A stretch of DNA of 64,000 nucleotides, taken from NCBI GenBank assembly GCA_040954595.2, contig CM082584.2, positions 9,319,061-9,383,060 of the forward strand. Direction: 5' to 3'. Shown one piece after another: positions 14,001 through 26,514 of the stretch. The position numbers were made by a program, and so were the translations under genes. This stretch comes from Balanoglossus misakiensis (lineage: Eukaryota; Animalia; Hemichordata). Below the pieces are notes generated by a model. That model saw only the letters and a program-made list of their open reading frames with translations, had not been told where the DNA came from and did not search any database. The number at the start of each line of letters is the position of its first letter. Within the stretch, counting starts at the first letter, position 1.

Positions 14001-17000
14001 GCACTCTTTTACGTGACCTTTACTGGCTTTCATAAAAAAAAATTACTCAAGATTATGACTCAACTGATCGTAAAAAATCTTCACTTGTACAATACCTGAA
14101 AAACCATATTATTTACAGCTACTCAACCATGCGGTGCAATGACCTCCACAGTTCTTATGATTGGGAATTAATACAGAGACTCATTTGATACTCTGTTGCC
14201 TGCAGTGAAGAATATACGAGTAATTCATCCTGGTTCAATTGAAGAGTTCAATGTTCTCATTGGATAGTAGTCCTGTATATGGTATTACGATATACATTTA
14301 GCAAAAAATGAGATTTCCCATAAACACACACACACACACACCGAATTCTCCCTACTTTAAATATATAGGTTTCTCCTATGGTTGACACAATTTAAAAAGT
14401 TACCTCATTCAGCGCATTGCACCACAATCTGACAGCTGGCCCAGACTCCACAAAGAAGTTGTCTTCGTGCTTCGGGTAGCCTGGAAGAAAAGATCAGAAT
14501 AAGATATCAGGGTCACATTCGAATGAGACATTTGCAGGGAGAGGATCCAAAGCGTACAGGCAGTACATGACGCAATTGGCGATATCATATACCGAGGGAA
14601 ACTGATGAACTGAAATCAATACTGGCAGACAGATGTAGTGGCTTCTGAGCAATTACTCAAATTGTTCACTGGAAGCAACACAATCGCTTCGATGCTATAT
14701 GAGCAGGATCTGCTGCGGACCTTCTAGACAGGATGATGCACCATCTGACTGAAAAGGTGTAACAGGTTTCACTAGACATAGATAAACGATGCATCAACAC
14801 ATACTGACAAATTTTGCTGCCTCATTCGATCAGTAGTTATGTGTTCTGAATTGCCATGACAACCATTCTGTCTAGTCTGAATCTGCCTTCAGTACGGTAG
14901 GATTTTTTTTCTTTGTTAGTAGCACCTTTTGTTCCGACAAGAAATCTATCTTTTTTGTTTCCTCTAAAATGTACTTTCCTTTTAAGTATAAAATACCATC
15001 CCATCCCATCCTAATCCAGTCAGTCCCAACCCAACACCTCGCATAACACCAATGTTTCCTACGCTTACAACAACACTAACACTCGTTCACCTATGCCACA
15101 ACTACTTCCAGTGGAATAGCGCAGCAAAATTCCGTAATGAGACACCGATACAAATCAAACCCCATTACGACTGCATCCAACGTGAAAACACCGACAAAAA
15201 ACACACACATCTCAATCGAGACTGGAGCAGACATATCTATTTCCCAGGGTGACTGACCATAGATACGGCAGCAAAAAAGCTATTACTGACGTCCCAATTT
15301 GTTTTGACTGGGAAATGCTTTTCCGCTTGACATTTCACAAATGAGGCACCTGATAAAATGTTTTCAACAACAAGGCATGTCCCTATTGTCTGTTAAAGGG
15401 ATGCTGACATTTCTTTCACTGTGGATGGTTTATCGGGAGACTCCGGAGAGGCTTCCTGGTTGTCACCAGAGAGCTCCGTAGAGTCCTGTGTCAATTGTGA
15501 CACTACTTTCAATTAGCTCCTTCTGCTCATCATTATTTTATATTCCTCTGTACTTGATGCAGCGGATTCAGGTGGACTTCTAATACACATCGACGGAAAC
15601 AGAATTCTGAAATAAAAAAATTTAACATCCAAGGTTGCAGATGGTACATACTCGTCAGTATTGGGCACATCTTACCTGCTGGACATAGCAGTCTGAATTC
15701 ATGTTCCCCGGCCAGCAACAACTGAAGCATGACACAGCCATCATCTTGACACCCACTCTGCAAAAATAACAACAAAAAACATCGCAATGAATCACACAAG
15801 ACTGCATGGATGGAAGAGAATTCACAGCAAAGGCAGAATAAAGGTGACTTGACTGTCAATGTCATCTTATATTTAAAAGAGAATCAGCTTTAATTTCCAA
15901 ATTGAACGTGTCAGCCTAAACCAAGATTTGGGGTTTCCATGGCCAGAAACTGCTATGAATAATTGTGAGCTAGCTGACAGGCAGCAGACCCACTGACCCG
16001 AAGTACGATTAACTAGCAGCAATGATGCATACAAGTCCTAATCAACCAGAAAATGTAATTTCACAAATTTTAAAAAGTGACAGGCCGACTAATTCTGGAG
16101 GTGGTAGACTGACATAAACCGTACAGTAAATTGTAAATTGCCAACAGAAATCCTGGCCGCGGCGTCTGTTTTGATTGAAAAGGGCAGTGAAGTCAGAACG
16201 AGAGTTTCCCCAAAAGACTGAAATTAACTGTTTCCCCCACTGATTGACTGGCCCGACTCATGACAGAATGACTGATACGCTCCATTTTGGTTGGGGGATA
16301 GCAACCACAGCAACAAGACATATACTGATTCGCTTATTAGCCCTGATGCGCGCTTGCAAGTTGACTGAGTGTGAAGTCAGAATGTGCTGTAGGTGTGAAT
16401 GAGTTCTGACCTGAAGCCTTCCAGCAGGAACAGGTGCGCACAACGTACTAAAGTCACGCGCATACGTGCTACAGTTAATAGCAGTAAACGCCCGACTTCA
16501 ACAGTGCCTGCACCAACGGGTGGCAACACAAATATTGTCACACTATGATTCGATTTGACATGTCACATCACCATCAACGAGTTTCCGCCCTGTCCAGTTC
16601 TACTGAGTCAGCTAACCCCCTGCCAAAATTAACATGCAGGGTCTATGCATGACTGCTCTCTTTATCACTTGCCATCACCTCAGCAGTTCTCAATGCAACG
16701 TTAACTTGGGACCTACTCTACTGAGATTACAGTTTGATTACCGCTCTCAACTGAACAGAGCCAATCTCCTAACACAGTTTATGCCCTCTAACTCCAAAGC
16801 ATATAAACAAATTACAATCCTGGCCTGAATAACACAAGGTGTGTGTCGGCAATTTGTAAGATACAGTCACTTGCCATTACTTTGAAATCCCTCCCACGCA
16901 CAGAACATGCCAGCAATGATATTTCACTTTGAGGTGTTCAGTCAACAAACATTTTTACTTCTCTTTAGATCAACACAAGCTTGCGTGGAATGAAACACAG

Positions 17001-19205
17001 AGGATGATCAATTTTGACAAAATGGCTTCAGATGCCTATTACATTCTTACAACCAGGATAATCTCAAGTAGTCACTGAACAAATCCCCCCCCCCCAATTT
17101 CTCCCAGGTACCTGATAACCTGTAACAGCAAATTTCTAGCTGGTACATAATTACCACTATACAAAGTCATTTAGCTGGAAAATAGCACAGGAGGGATGCC
17201 AGGACTAAAATAGAAATAACCCTAACAGATGTCACTTACAAATACAATCAGATCAAAAGAAACCCCCACGTGGATTATTTAAACTGTTTTAATTTCCACA
17301 TTCATCAAGGCTCAATGGTCACTTTTTCTGGAGTAATATTTTGCTTAAAAACCGTGCAAGAATTATGAAGCAAAATTCTAAATTACAACGGTATTACTCA
17401 ATGAAGACTGGTGATTTACACTCAATGCCTGCAGTTTTCCATGAATGTCTGCATTCAACCAATCTTTCCAGCTGCTGCACTCTTTCTTCTCTTCCTTTCC
17501 CGAGCCATCATCGGTTGCCATGGATACAGGAGACGCAACAACAGACCTTGCGTGCCAGAGGCCTCTTATATTAAAAGGTTCAGCGATAAAAAAAAGCTCG
17601 ACATGCTCTATACATTAGTTATGCCTTGGCTTGTGTATTAAGTTTCTTTTCTTTCTTTTTTGGCCGCTTAAGCGTCGAAACGTAAGGTGTATAAAGTTAA
17701 ACACGGGAACCAAATTCACTAATTATGCAAACAAACTTCAAGTATGCACACCTCATTTTCCAAAATCTCATCAGGCACACATACGCAGTGCTTATCAAAC
17801 ACACTACATGTAATGCATTCAACTGTGTTTTTTTTTCTCAGGTGGTTTTCACTCAAAAGTCAATTTTTCCCCAGACTACTTTAAATATTCAGACATATAT
17901 TCTGATTTTGAGACTGCAGGGCATTTCTGGTTGTATTCTTGCAGACTGAAGAGAAACAGAGAGTGGACCAGATGCATACATGCAGCTGCCACTTCAAAGG
18001 AAAACACGTTGATGATACCAAACGTACATTCTCGTCTTATGTCACATCATCCTTGAAGACGGCGCACTCCAGCTATCATATTCACATCACGCTCAACCGT
18101 TCCTCCTCATCAAAGGTTGCCGGCTAAAACGATTCTCTTGTTAGTCGCATTAATACACCTGACTCCGTACTAAGTTGGTACGACACAATAGTTGGCCCTA
18201 TGCCACAACACATTGCAGTCCGCGTAGCAGACAGCACATTAAAAAGATTGCAGGTGTAATCCAATATAGCATTGTACATCAAAATGTGATCTGTCATTCA
18301 TCTAAAAAAATATGTGAATGCATTGCGTAACTCCAAAATGTTAAAGGTTGTGGGGGGCAGATGATCATGACAAAAGAAAACGAGCTAGGAGATATTGATG
18401 CATGCAATATTGTCAGTTTTTGCTACAAGGGCTATTCAACTTTGCTGTCGTGATTTGAGCAGCGTCTGTCTACACCTGAAAATCGTCATCAGTTTATTTC
18501 TTGCGGGTTCAAGAATATGAATAGAAAGAGGTTAACATCCACTGACATGTGGAAATCTATCGAAAATGTTAGCATTTCAGCATGAAAAAATCAACATCTA
18601 AAACTACAAAATCACAGAATTCTGATGAATCGCTTCAATCATGTGCACATAAATACAGACTCGGTTAATTTTCTAAACCTATTATTTCTTCTTCTTCTAC
18701 AGACTAGAATGCTGTCAATCCATATAGATGACAAACACTAATTACAGGGGTATACATTGCAGCGACTGAGCTGTAAAATCCACACAAAAGACGACAATTT
18801 AGATTGGAGTATTCATCATTTCACAAAAATGAATGCAGACAAATTATGTACCCGCATCTTACAAGCAACACAGCTCGCCGTCAGCATTTTTAAAAACCAT
18901 AACTGCATCCACCTCATTACGATGCACGTACCATGCAGTGAGTTGCAGCTTGAAAAGTAATTGAAATGTATGAACTGGACTGGGTGAAAAATGATTGGTA
19001 TCCACAGGGAAGTGCGAAAGATATTACACCCGTTTGTCTTCCGTATTTCACTGGTTGTCGGTTTGGGGACAAAGTAATCTGTCATGTCTACAGAACTTGA
19101 GTCTCTTCCCACAAACTGTGAACAGCTGTAGAAATCTCGACAAGGAGATATCTGCCTGAATAACCATGGTGATTTAAAATCTCGCAAGGTGTGGAACAGT
19201 TTCTC

Positions 19206-19293
<88 letters not shown>

Positions 19294-22200
19294 CCATCAC
19301 CATCATCAGACGGAGCTGATGTTTATACATTGTATTGACTATTATCAGGAGTTTTATACCTCACCATATTGAAACTGGTGAATTGAACAATAGATACCAC
19401 TGTCAGAATAATATTAATTTCAGCTTTCTGTGCAGAGTAAAAACTTGCTTCATTTTAGACAAACAGCATACCTTACACAATGGTATCCAATATATCTTTC
19501 TGTGTACACAAGGTTCAAACATACTGAGCTCACGTATCTATTAATGCACTGCTATTCATCAATATTGCTGTTGCAACGATGAGTATGTACAAGCAGGCAC
19601 CATTAAATACTCATCATTATTTTTGTCTGATTGGTATACATTACATGGGTGTTTCTTTAAATACAGAAACAAGCTTTCCAATCCTTTTTATTGACGCAGT
19701 CTTATAATACAGTACATGTATTTTTAAAAGCACTTAATAGTAATACTGTAGATGTAGAGGATGGTTAGATACGCAAATTGTTAAATTATCTACATAAAAT
19801 ATCAAATATCTCATGCTGAAGACAGGAAATTGGATTATTCAACGCTCCACTTCGTTTTGAAGGACAAGAGCATATTACCTGGAAACAAACAGGAAGTCAC
19901 ATGATTTATATGTTACTACAGGTTGCTGGCATTGTGGGTGAAATTGAACAATGTCAAGTGTTAATATCACACATGGATCTGTCTTCCCTGCACGTGTTTT
20001 ACATCGTCTTCAGTCAGCAGTTGTAAACTTGGTGCGTCTAGCTGATTTCAAGTGGAAACACTTGTCTGAAAACTAACATCGCAGGTGTCGGGGACAATAA
20101 TGGCCAGATTCTGAAGTAGCTGAAAGCTACGCTGGAAATCTGTGCGTCTTCTGAGAGATCTGAATCCTAAAGTGGGCAGTGTTGTCAAGCGCTGCCGTCG
20201 TAAAAACTCTTTTATACTATAAAACGTCAAAATTTCAGTCAGTGGCTTTCCATTGTGTCAAAAATGAAATAATATCTGACATGGTGGAGACAAAGATTCA
20301 TGTCTGGGAGTCCTGACGCAAATCAACACCTACTGCGCCGGCTTTTCATCTCAGGGCTCATCCCTATCATTCAATTTTGTTCACTTGTGTGTTTACTGAG
20401 CCGTGATAAGTAAATTTGTGATGCGAGGGCTCTGAGCGGAATAACTTTTGATTACTCCACAGTGTACGTACAGTACATGCACTGTGTTAGTGACTCATAC
20501 GGCTGCGACCGTTAACTGGAATTGCTCTGTACATATATCAGTGCTACCAGCGTTTCGCGACGGCACATCTCCGAGGTAGCTGTTGAAAAGCGGCGTTAAA
20601 GTGCAAATCCCCCGCATGATGAGCTTTCTCGCCGACATTGCACAAAACTCAGAGGTTTTTATGCCATATACTTCAGTAGCAATACATGTACACATGTACA
20701 TTAAAAGGCATTCTGTGCGCAAAAGGACACACACTGCGGCAAATTGTGCCCCTCACTCTCACAGGCAGCTGACCCCTGGAATCAGGACCGCCACTCTCCA
20801 TTAAGATAGCAAATCAGTAAATTACACATGCAATTTCATTCCGAACACAGCGCGCTGCCTTTCAGAGCTGATTTGCGAGATTGGAAACGCCGTATTCACA
20901 TGGGGGATGATTGATTCCCATGGAAATCATGGCAGTACGCAACGAATCAACATCATTACAGTTGGCAGTTTAAAATGAGAAATTCACTGTACATAACGTG
21001 TTGAATCTGTATAGGTTTATAACACCACTGGCATGATGATATTACTGATCATAATTATACACTCTGAAAGGATTATGTTTTTCCCCCCATCATAAATGAA
21101 CTTCTAGTCTTAATTTGTCTGCATTCACAGGGTACAAGATTTTATTGACTTGGCCATCCTTGGCTAAAAGTGAGTACATTAGGAAAGTCGATCACATCAT
21201 GAAACTTTACTCCACGCATTTTCAATTTCTCCGTTACTGAAATTTCATCAAAAAATTAATAAAGCATACATGTGAAATACTAGAAGTTGTAACTACAGTA
21301 CTAGTAATTTAATAGGAATATTTTTTCAAGAAAAAACGACAATTACGTTAAAAGCATTAGTCTGTGCTTGTCAATTAATCTTGCAGGGACCATGTGGCAA
21401 ACAGAACCATTCTGCAGGTTTGTACTTTCACAAAGCTCAATCTAATCTTTATAGAGCTGTATTGTCTAGAGTTACCATAGGGATAAGTGTACGGTTGGCT
21501 GTTTGAGGGTTAAAGCTGCACTCCCACTTCGTACAGTTTAGTATAATTCTATGTGTGGGGTCCCCTGATTGCTGTTTTTCCATATTAAGTTATGTGTGAA
21601 CTATATTAAAATCTGTAATAAAGCTAGTTACAATGCATCTCAAACTGCTACTTTTAATCAGGCACTCACAGTAGCACATCTAAACCACGCCTTGTACATA
21701 TGAAACGTATTGTGGCACATTTTGGGTAAAACTAAAAGCTCAGCCCAATATTAATAATACACTAGGTGTTGAGGGAATAACCACTTCTTTCCTCATTCCT
21801 GCCTCACCATCTCTGACTCAGTTGCAAATGCACACAAACACACCGCCAGGCCACAAGGGACTGGCAAGACTCCACCAATTTCCTGCACAGCAATATAACC
21901 ACACTTCAGGCTGCGGGCAATGAAAAATACATTTTTTTCTCATTTTAAAGGTCGGGAAAGGTGGAGACAGGGCCACACTGGAAGACACCCAAGCCTGACT
22001 TACAATAGTCAATATGTACATGTAACTTGAGACACAGCACTATATTTTTATAATGTACTTATTAAAGTTCAAATTGATGGTTTTATCTAAAGTACATGTT
22101 GATCTGTCTCCACACAAGAATACTTGCAATCACAGTCCCTCCAAATCAAATTTTGAACAGAATAAAAAAAAAGGATTGGAGGGGGAGGGATTATGACAAA

Positions 22201-25165
22201 GCAGGAATAGCTAACTTGAGGCAACCTTCCCCCATGACACCTCCATCTCCACGGACATTTGTGACTTTTTCATCTCGATCAATTCTTCATATTCTATGCA
22301 TTACAAATTGCGCCAACGGGCAAGACAAGACGTCTTCCAAGAATTATATTCAGTGCAAAAGAATAAAGACATTTATGGCTACACAAGGTTGAGTGAACTA
22401 CGCACACCCTAATCTTCCCTGCCAATAAAAGATACTGTGCAATATATATTACATACACATACATGTACTCCACTGCAATAATAATGGACATTTCAGATCA
22501 GAATATCCTGGCAATTAATCAACGTGGATATATCTTTTATTTCTTTGGTGCCAGATTTTTGGTCAAAGTTCCCTCAACACTTGGCTTAGCCATCTCCTGT
22601 GAGAAATAAAAAGCTAAAAGACTGATTAGGGTCAGGTTTTACATTCATAAATATTGTGATGTGATAAAGACATGAAGGAGGCATTGGGAAGGGTAGGCGT
22701 TAAGCAGTGATGACATGCTCGTCATTTACAATAACACAATCAACTACAGAAGCCTATCATTAAATAGTATTTTTCTTTTTCTTTTTTTTACAATGGTCCA
22801 TATCCTTTTTTCTGTTCTTATAAACGGATTCGAACTAATGCTGATGGTTCATCCACAATTCCTGAAAAGCTGAACAGTCATCTTCCCAGAATTGTCCACG
22901 ACAAATCCACAATTAGACCAATTAGTAGACTAACACTGCTGTATAAAAAGCATTGCTGGGTCACGAAGCTCTCCCAGGCAGTGATATGTTGATTTGCCAC
23001 CCACTTGTCACACCCCCACACACAACACATCTGTTGCACTGCCACCAGACGTACTCAAGAGTTGGAAGTTCAGAGCTAGGGCTATTATTCTAAACCTATT
23101 ATAGTAACTATCAATTCAGCAAGGTGTTTCAAGGTTGCTTCGACCTCCCAGGGTTTCTTAATGCCCTACGACCAATTCCAGCGGCCGGAAATTTACAGCC
23201 AGACAAGTCCCATCATTTGACAAATTAAAGGTGTCACGATCCGCACAGTTGAAACTGTTATCACTGCTTCTAATTGCCTCCGTTCTCACTCTCCCTTGTA
23301 ACAATGACCAGAGTCATAATAACAAAATATGACAAGGTGGCGACTGCTTATTAGAGTTTTGTTCTCTTCTTCGACCAACTGACACTGCGCTCAAGATGGT
23401 TTGCGCTGAAGCAGTCTAGTCACATCCAATTCACAAGTCTCACATCTCTTTGACGCTTTCCTCCCCAAATGATAACATGTACCATCCTTGTTACTGGCTT
23501 GAAAGTGCATTTCTTTCTTGTGTTCATGTCAGACGACGCGACGGCGTAATGGGGTGCACAGCTTTTCTGTCACTATGTATTCACCTGACCATCTATCGCT
23601 TTCATCAGCGAGTGTATGCCCATCTTGATACCATTACCATCATGTCATGCATGTGAAGTGTCGCTGTGCTATACTGCGAAGTCATTATAAAAACTATTCT
23701 GAAGTGGCTTCCACTTGAACCTTGTAGGCTTTCGCTCTCTGAATATATCCACAAATCCAAAGGCAACAACAGAGCTACAGTGAGATTTTGCAGTATTTGG
23801 AATCTTTGCAACCATGGCAACTGACACATGTTATGACTCCATTACACGCAAAAGAATCTTTCAGTGTTCTGTTAGACCAAGAGAGGATCACATCAAGTGA
23901 CACCCACTTTTTTAACATTTTTGAAGAGCTCCAGCAAGAGACAGATTGTCCAATCTAGGTGCTTTGCAGGAAAATGATGATGACAAAGCTTTCAAGGTCA
24001 TCTGACCTTGAGTGGCTGTGCAGTTCCAGTACAGTATATATGTTTGGCACCATTATCCTACAGTGGCAAGAATTATTTATCTAATTTTTACCTACAACTG
24101 TAGCATTAATTTTAAAGCCATGTATTCTTTCTATTGAATGGGTGATGTCATTTGACACCTCCTATGTTGTTGTTTTTCTGTGTGCAATTGTATTGAACTG
24201 GCTCCATCATTTGAATAGAGTGGGAGGAGTTAATGTTATTTATCTAATCTACATATAACTGTTGCATTGTTTATATAGCCATGATTTATTCTTTCTATGG
24301 AATGGGTGTTGTCACTTGACACCTATGTGGGGCTTTTGTCTTCATTCATTCAAATAGACTGGGAGGAGTTAATGTTGTTTTTCTAATTTACATTATCACC
24401 TATGGGGGCTTTTGAACTGGCTCCATCATTTGAATATAGTAGGAGGTGGTAATAGTGTTTATCTCATTTACATATAACTGCAGAATTGTTTATCCTTGTT
24501 GCATTTACATATAACTGTACCATTGTTTATACAGTCTTATTTACATATAACTGTACCATTGTTTATACAGTCTTATTTACATATAACTGTACCATTGTTT
24601 GTAAATATAAGAATGGAAAGTTGTTCTTTCTGTGTTTAGACGCTCTGTGGTTGATTTCTCGTGAGGAAACCTTGGCCAGATACTGCAGCCGAACGTTTTT
24701 TTTTAGACAAAACTGGACTGAGAAAAGGTGTCATGTGTATGCAACATGACATTAATTACGTAATGTGCCACAGCAAAACATTTACTTGAGTACATTGTTT
24801 TTCTATGCATTAACGATGTGATAAACTCTTATTTATCATTTCTATCTTAAAAGCTCCAAACTGCTCACTGCGCCATAACTATGTCTAAACGCTAGTTTTG
24901 TTTCGATGGCAAGCGGACCACAGACAGAAATGTATCTCCAATTAACATTAGGTTCATTGCACAATAATATCGGAAAACGATCGTTTTTTTCTGCCGGTCA
25001 AAGCACCGAGCCCACACAGCCACAAAGTACACACGACATCGACGAATATCGATTCTTGTTTCTTACCTCAAGCAGAAAAATTGCCTCACTGCCAGTTTCA
25101 TTTTGCCATGATTCAAATTCTTCGAGAAGAAGAGAACGAGTCGTATCTTCCTTGCACGCCGCCAT
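2032..25165 (-). CDS. Chimeric ubiquitin-conjugating enzyme (~1071 aa, 25 exons): UBE2Q-like RWD + acidic linker + inactive UBC (UEV), then BIRC6-like C-terminal region + catalytic UBC
   Basis: Exons: 25067-25165, 15676-15757, 14404-14480, 12316-12540, 11396-11495, 11009-11109, 10429-10508, 10042-10174, 9732-9784, 9082-9147, 8296-8386, 7905-8060, 6446-6506, 5704-6242, 5422-5469, 5250-5286, 4843-4931, 4405-4610, 4074-4194, 3701-3838, 3383-3463, 3233-3273, 2947-3084, 2581-2783, 2032-2282. All introns are GT-AG with compatible phases; total 3216 nt. BIRC6/UBE2Z-type UBC motifs: [39 protein letters not shown] (Cys codon 2768-2770), [24 protein letters not shown]6-like motif: YWTKGVGYG...GWD. UBE2Q-like motifs: [27 protein letters not shown]. 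Confidence 0.9.
2442..2535. mobile_element. ~90-bp MITE with AACCCTT..CACC / GGTGAAAGGGTTAA ends (TTAA-type, piggyBac-like), copy 1
   Basis: Terminal inverted repeats are present and the internal sequence is shared with copies at 5602, 27236 and 28987. Confidence 0.7.
3645..3700. repeat. (CACT)n microsatellite abutting an E2-gene splice donor
   Basis: Read directly. Confidence 0.9.
5602..5694. mobile_element. Same MITE family, copy 2 (opposite orientation to copy 1)
   Basis: ttgaccctttcaccaccatggtttgg...ggtgaaagggtta. Confidence 0.7.
19207..19308. repeat. (CAT)n microsatellite
   Basis: Read directly. Confidence 0.98.
24070..24600. repeat. Compound minisatellite: degenerate larger repeats plus ~2.7 near-perfect copies of a 36-bp unit (24503-24600)
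   Basis: Recurrent tacatataactgt and gaactggctccatcatttgaata...gggaggagttaatgtt segments; 36-mer atttacatataactgtaccattgtttatacagtctt. Confidence 0.85.
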
Positions 25166-25199
25166 TTTGTTTTTATTCATAAATGGAACTGCGCATGCG
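25158..25199 (-). promoter_or_regulatory. Promoter motifs of the E2 gene: YY1-like AAAATGGCGGC overlapping the ATG and NRF1-like TGCGCATGCG
   Basis: Motifs are read directly at 25158-25168 and 25190-25199; function is inferred. Confidence 0.45.
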
Positions 25200-26514
25200 A
25201 TTTAGAGAGCAGCGTAATTGAGATGAGAGAAGCGATTGAGGGTGTAAGAGAGAGAGAGAGAGGGGGGGGGGGGAGGGGGAGGGGGAAGGTAAAAGCCAAC
25301 GAAACTTAATTAAACGGTCACCTTTATCCCGTGATAGTAATTTGCCGCGTACACTTAAGAGGAAGAGTTTCTTGCCAACCAAAGCAAAACTTTTAATCAG
25401 AGTGCCATTAAGTATAAAATACAAAAGTTTACTTTTGAAATATATGAACAAAAGACAGTTATCCAATCCAAAAAGTATTTTTCTATCACAATTATGAACA
25501 GTTTTTCTGGGCTGACTCTCAAGTGACTCAGACATTATTGATAAATATGGAATGCGATGGAAAACATGCAGTGCGAATTATAGCAATACACAACTGCAAG
25601 AAAAGTGTATAGCTTAAAAAATACCATACAGTTTCACTTTGAATTTTGAAACCCATTTTTACATTGAAATAGGCACTTATATCTGTCATTGTCTCTCAAG
25701 GATGATCTCAACTAAAGAGTACAGCGCCCTCTATCAAAAACCCTAGTCCAATAGTGTTCTGCACTGCCGAGCCAGTGCCCGACTTGATATAAAAGTATTA
25801 CATCTCTAGTCTTGTTGAGATGTATCTTAGACGACAGTACAATCTATGTTGGTTTTGCAGAGGCAGCAGTCTTTGAGTGATGGTGCCTCTCTAGCTCTAG
25901 GGTGCCAGTGGTTGTACAAGTAGACAATGTCATTGAACATGATTCTTATTTTTTTATTACCACATACAAAACAACACATGACGGAAAAGACAAACACCCA
26001 ATGGTTAAAATCAAAACATGGATACAATGTGGTGCACAAGTCCGATTACAAGATAAAATTACAAAATAAAATGATGCCAAATTAAGTTCATTAACAATTA
26101 TTGTACAATTAGCAAAACATGAGTAGAAAAAAAATGTCAACTTCTCTCATAAAATTTTTTTGAAATAAAAATATGAGATCACTAATTCATTCATAAAATT
26201 ATTGTACCTATATCTCATTTCTTATATGCACTACTTCATTCGGAGATAATAAAATAAACTCTTAGAAATAAATTCATTTCACAACAGTTGTATATAAACT
26301 GATATAGAACAGACCAAACACAGCTTGACAAACATCAGAGATATTTACATGATGTAATAGCTACTACTCAGAGGTTGGTATGTTTTTCACAGCATATGAT
26401 TGTAGACATGTTGTACATAATGGCAGTTATGCATTGAGAAATTGTCATACATGTGCACTATACAAGAACATATTTCGAGACACAAGCATTTTTAGTCGTG
26501 GTGGACGCAAACAC

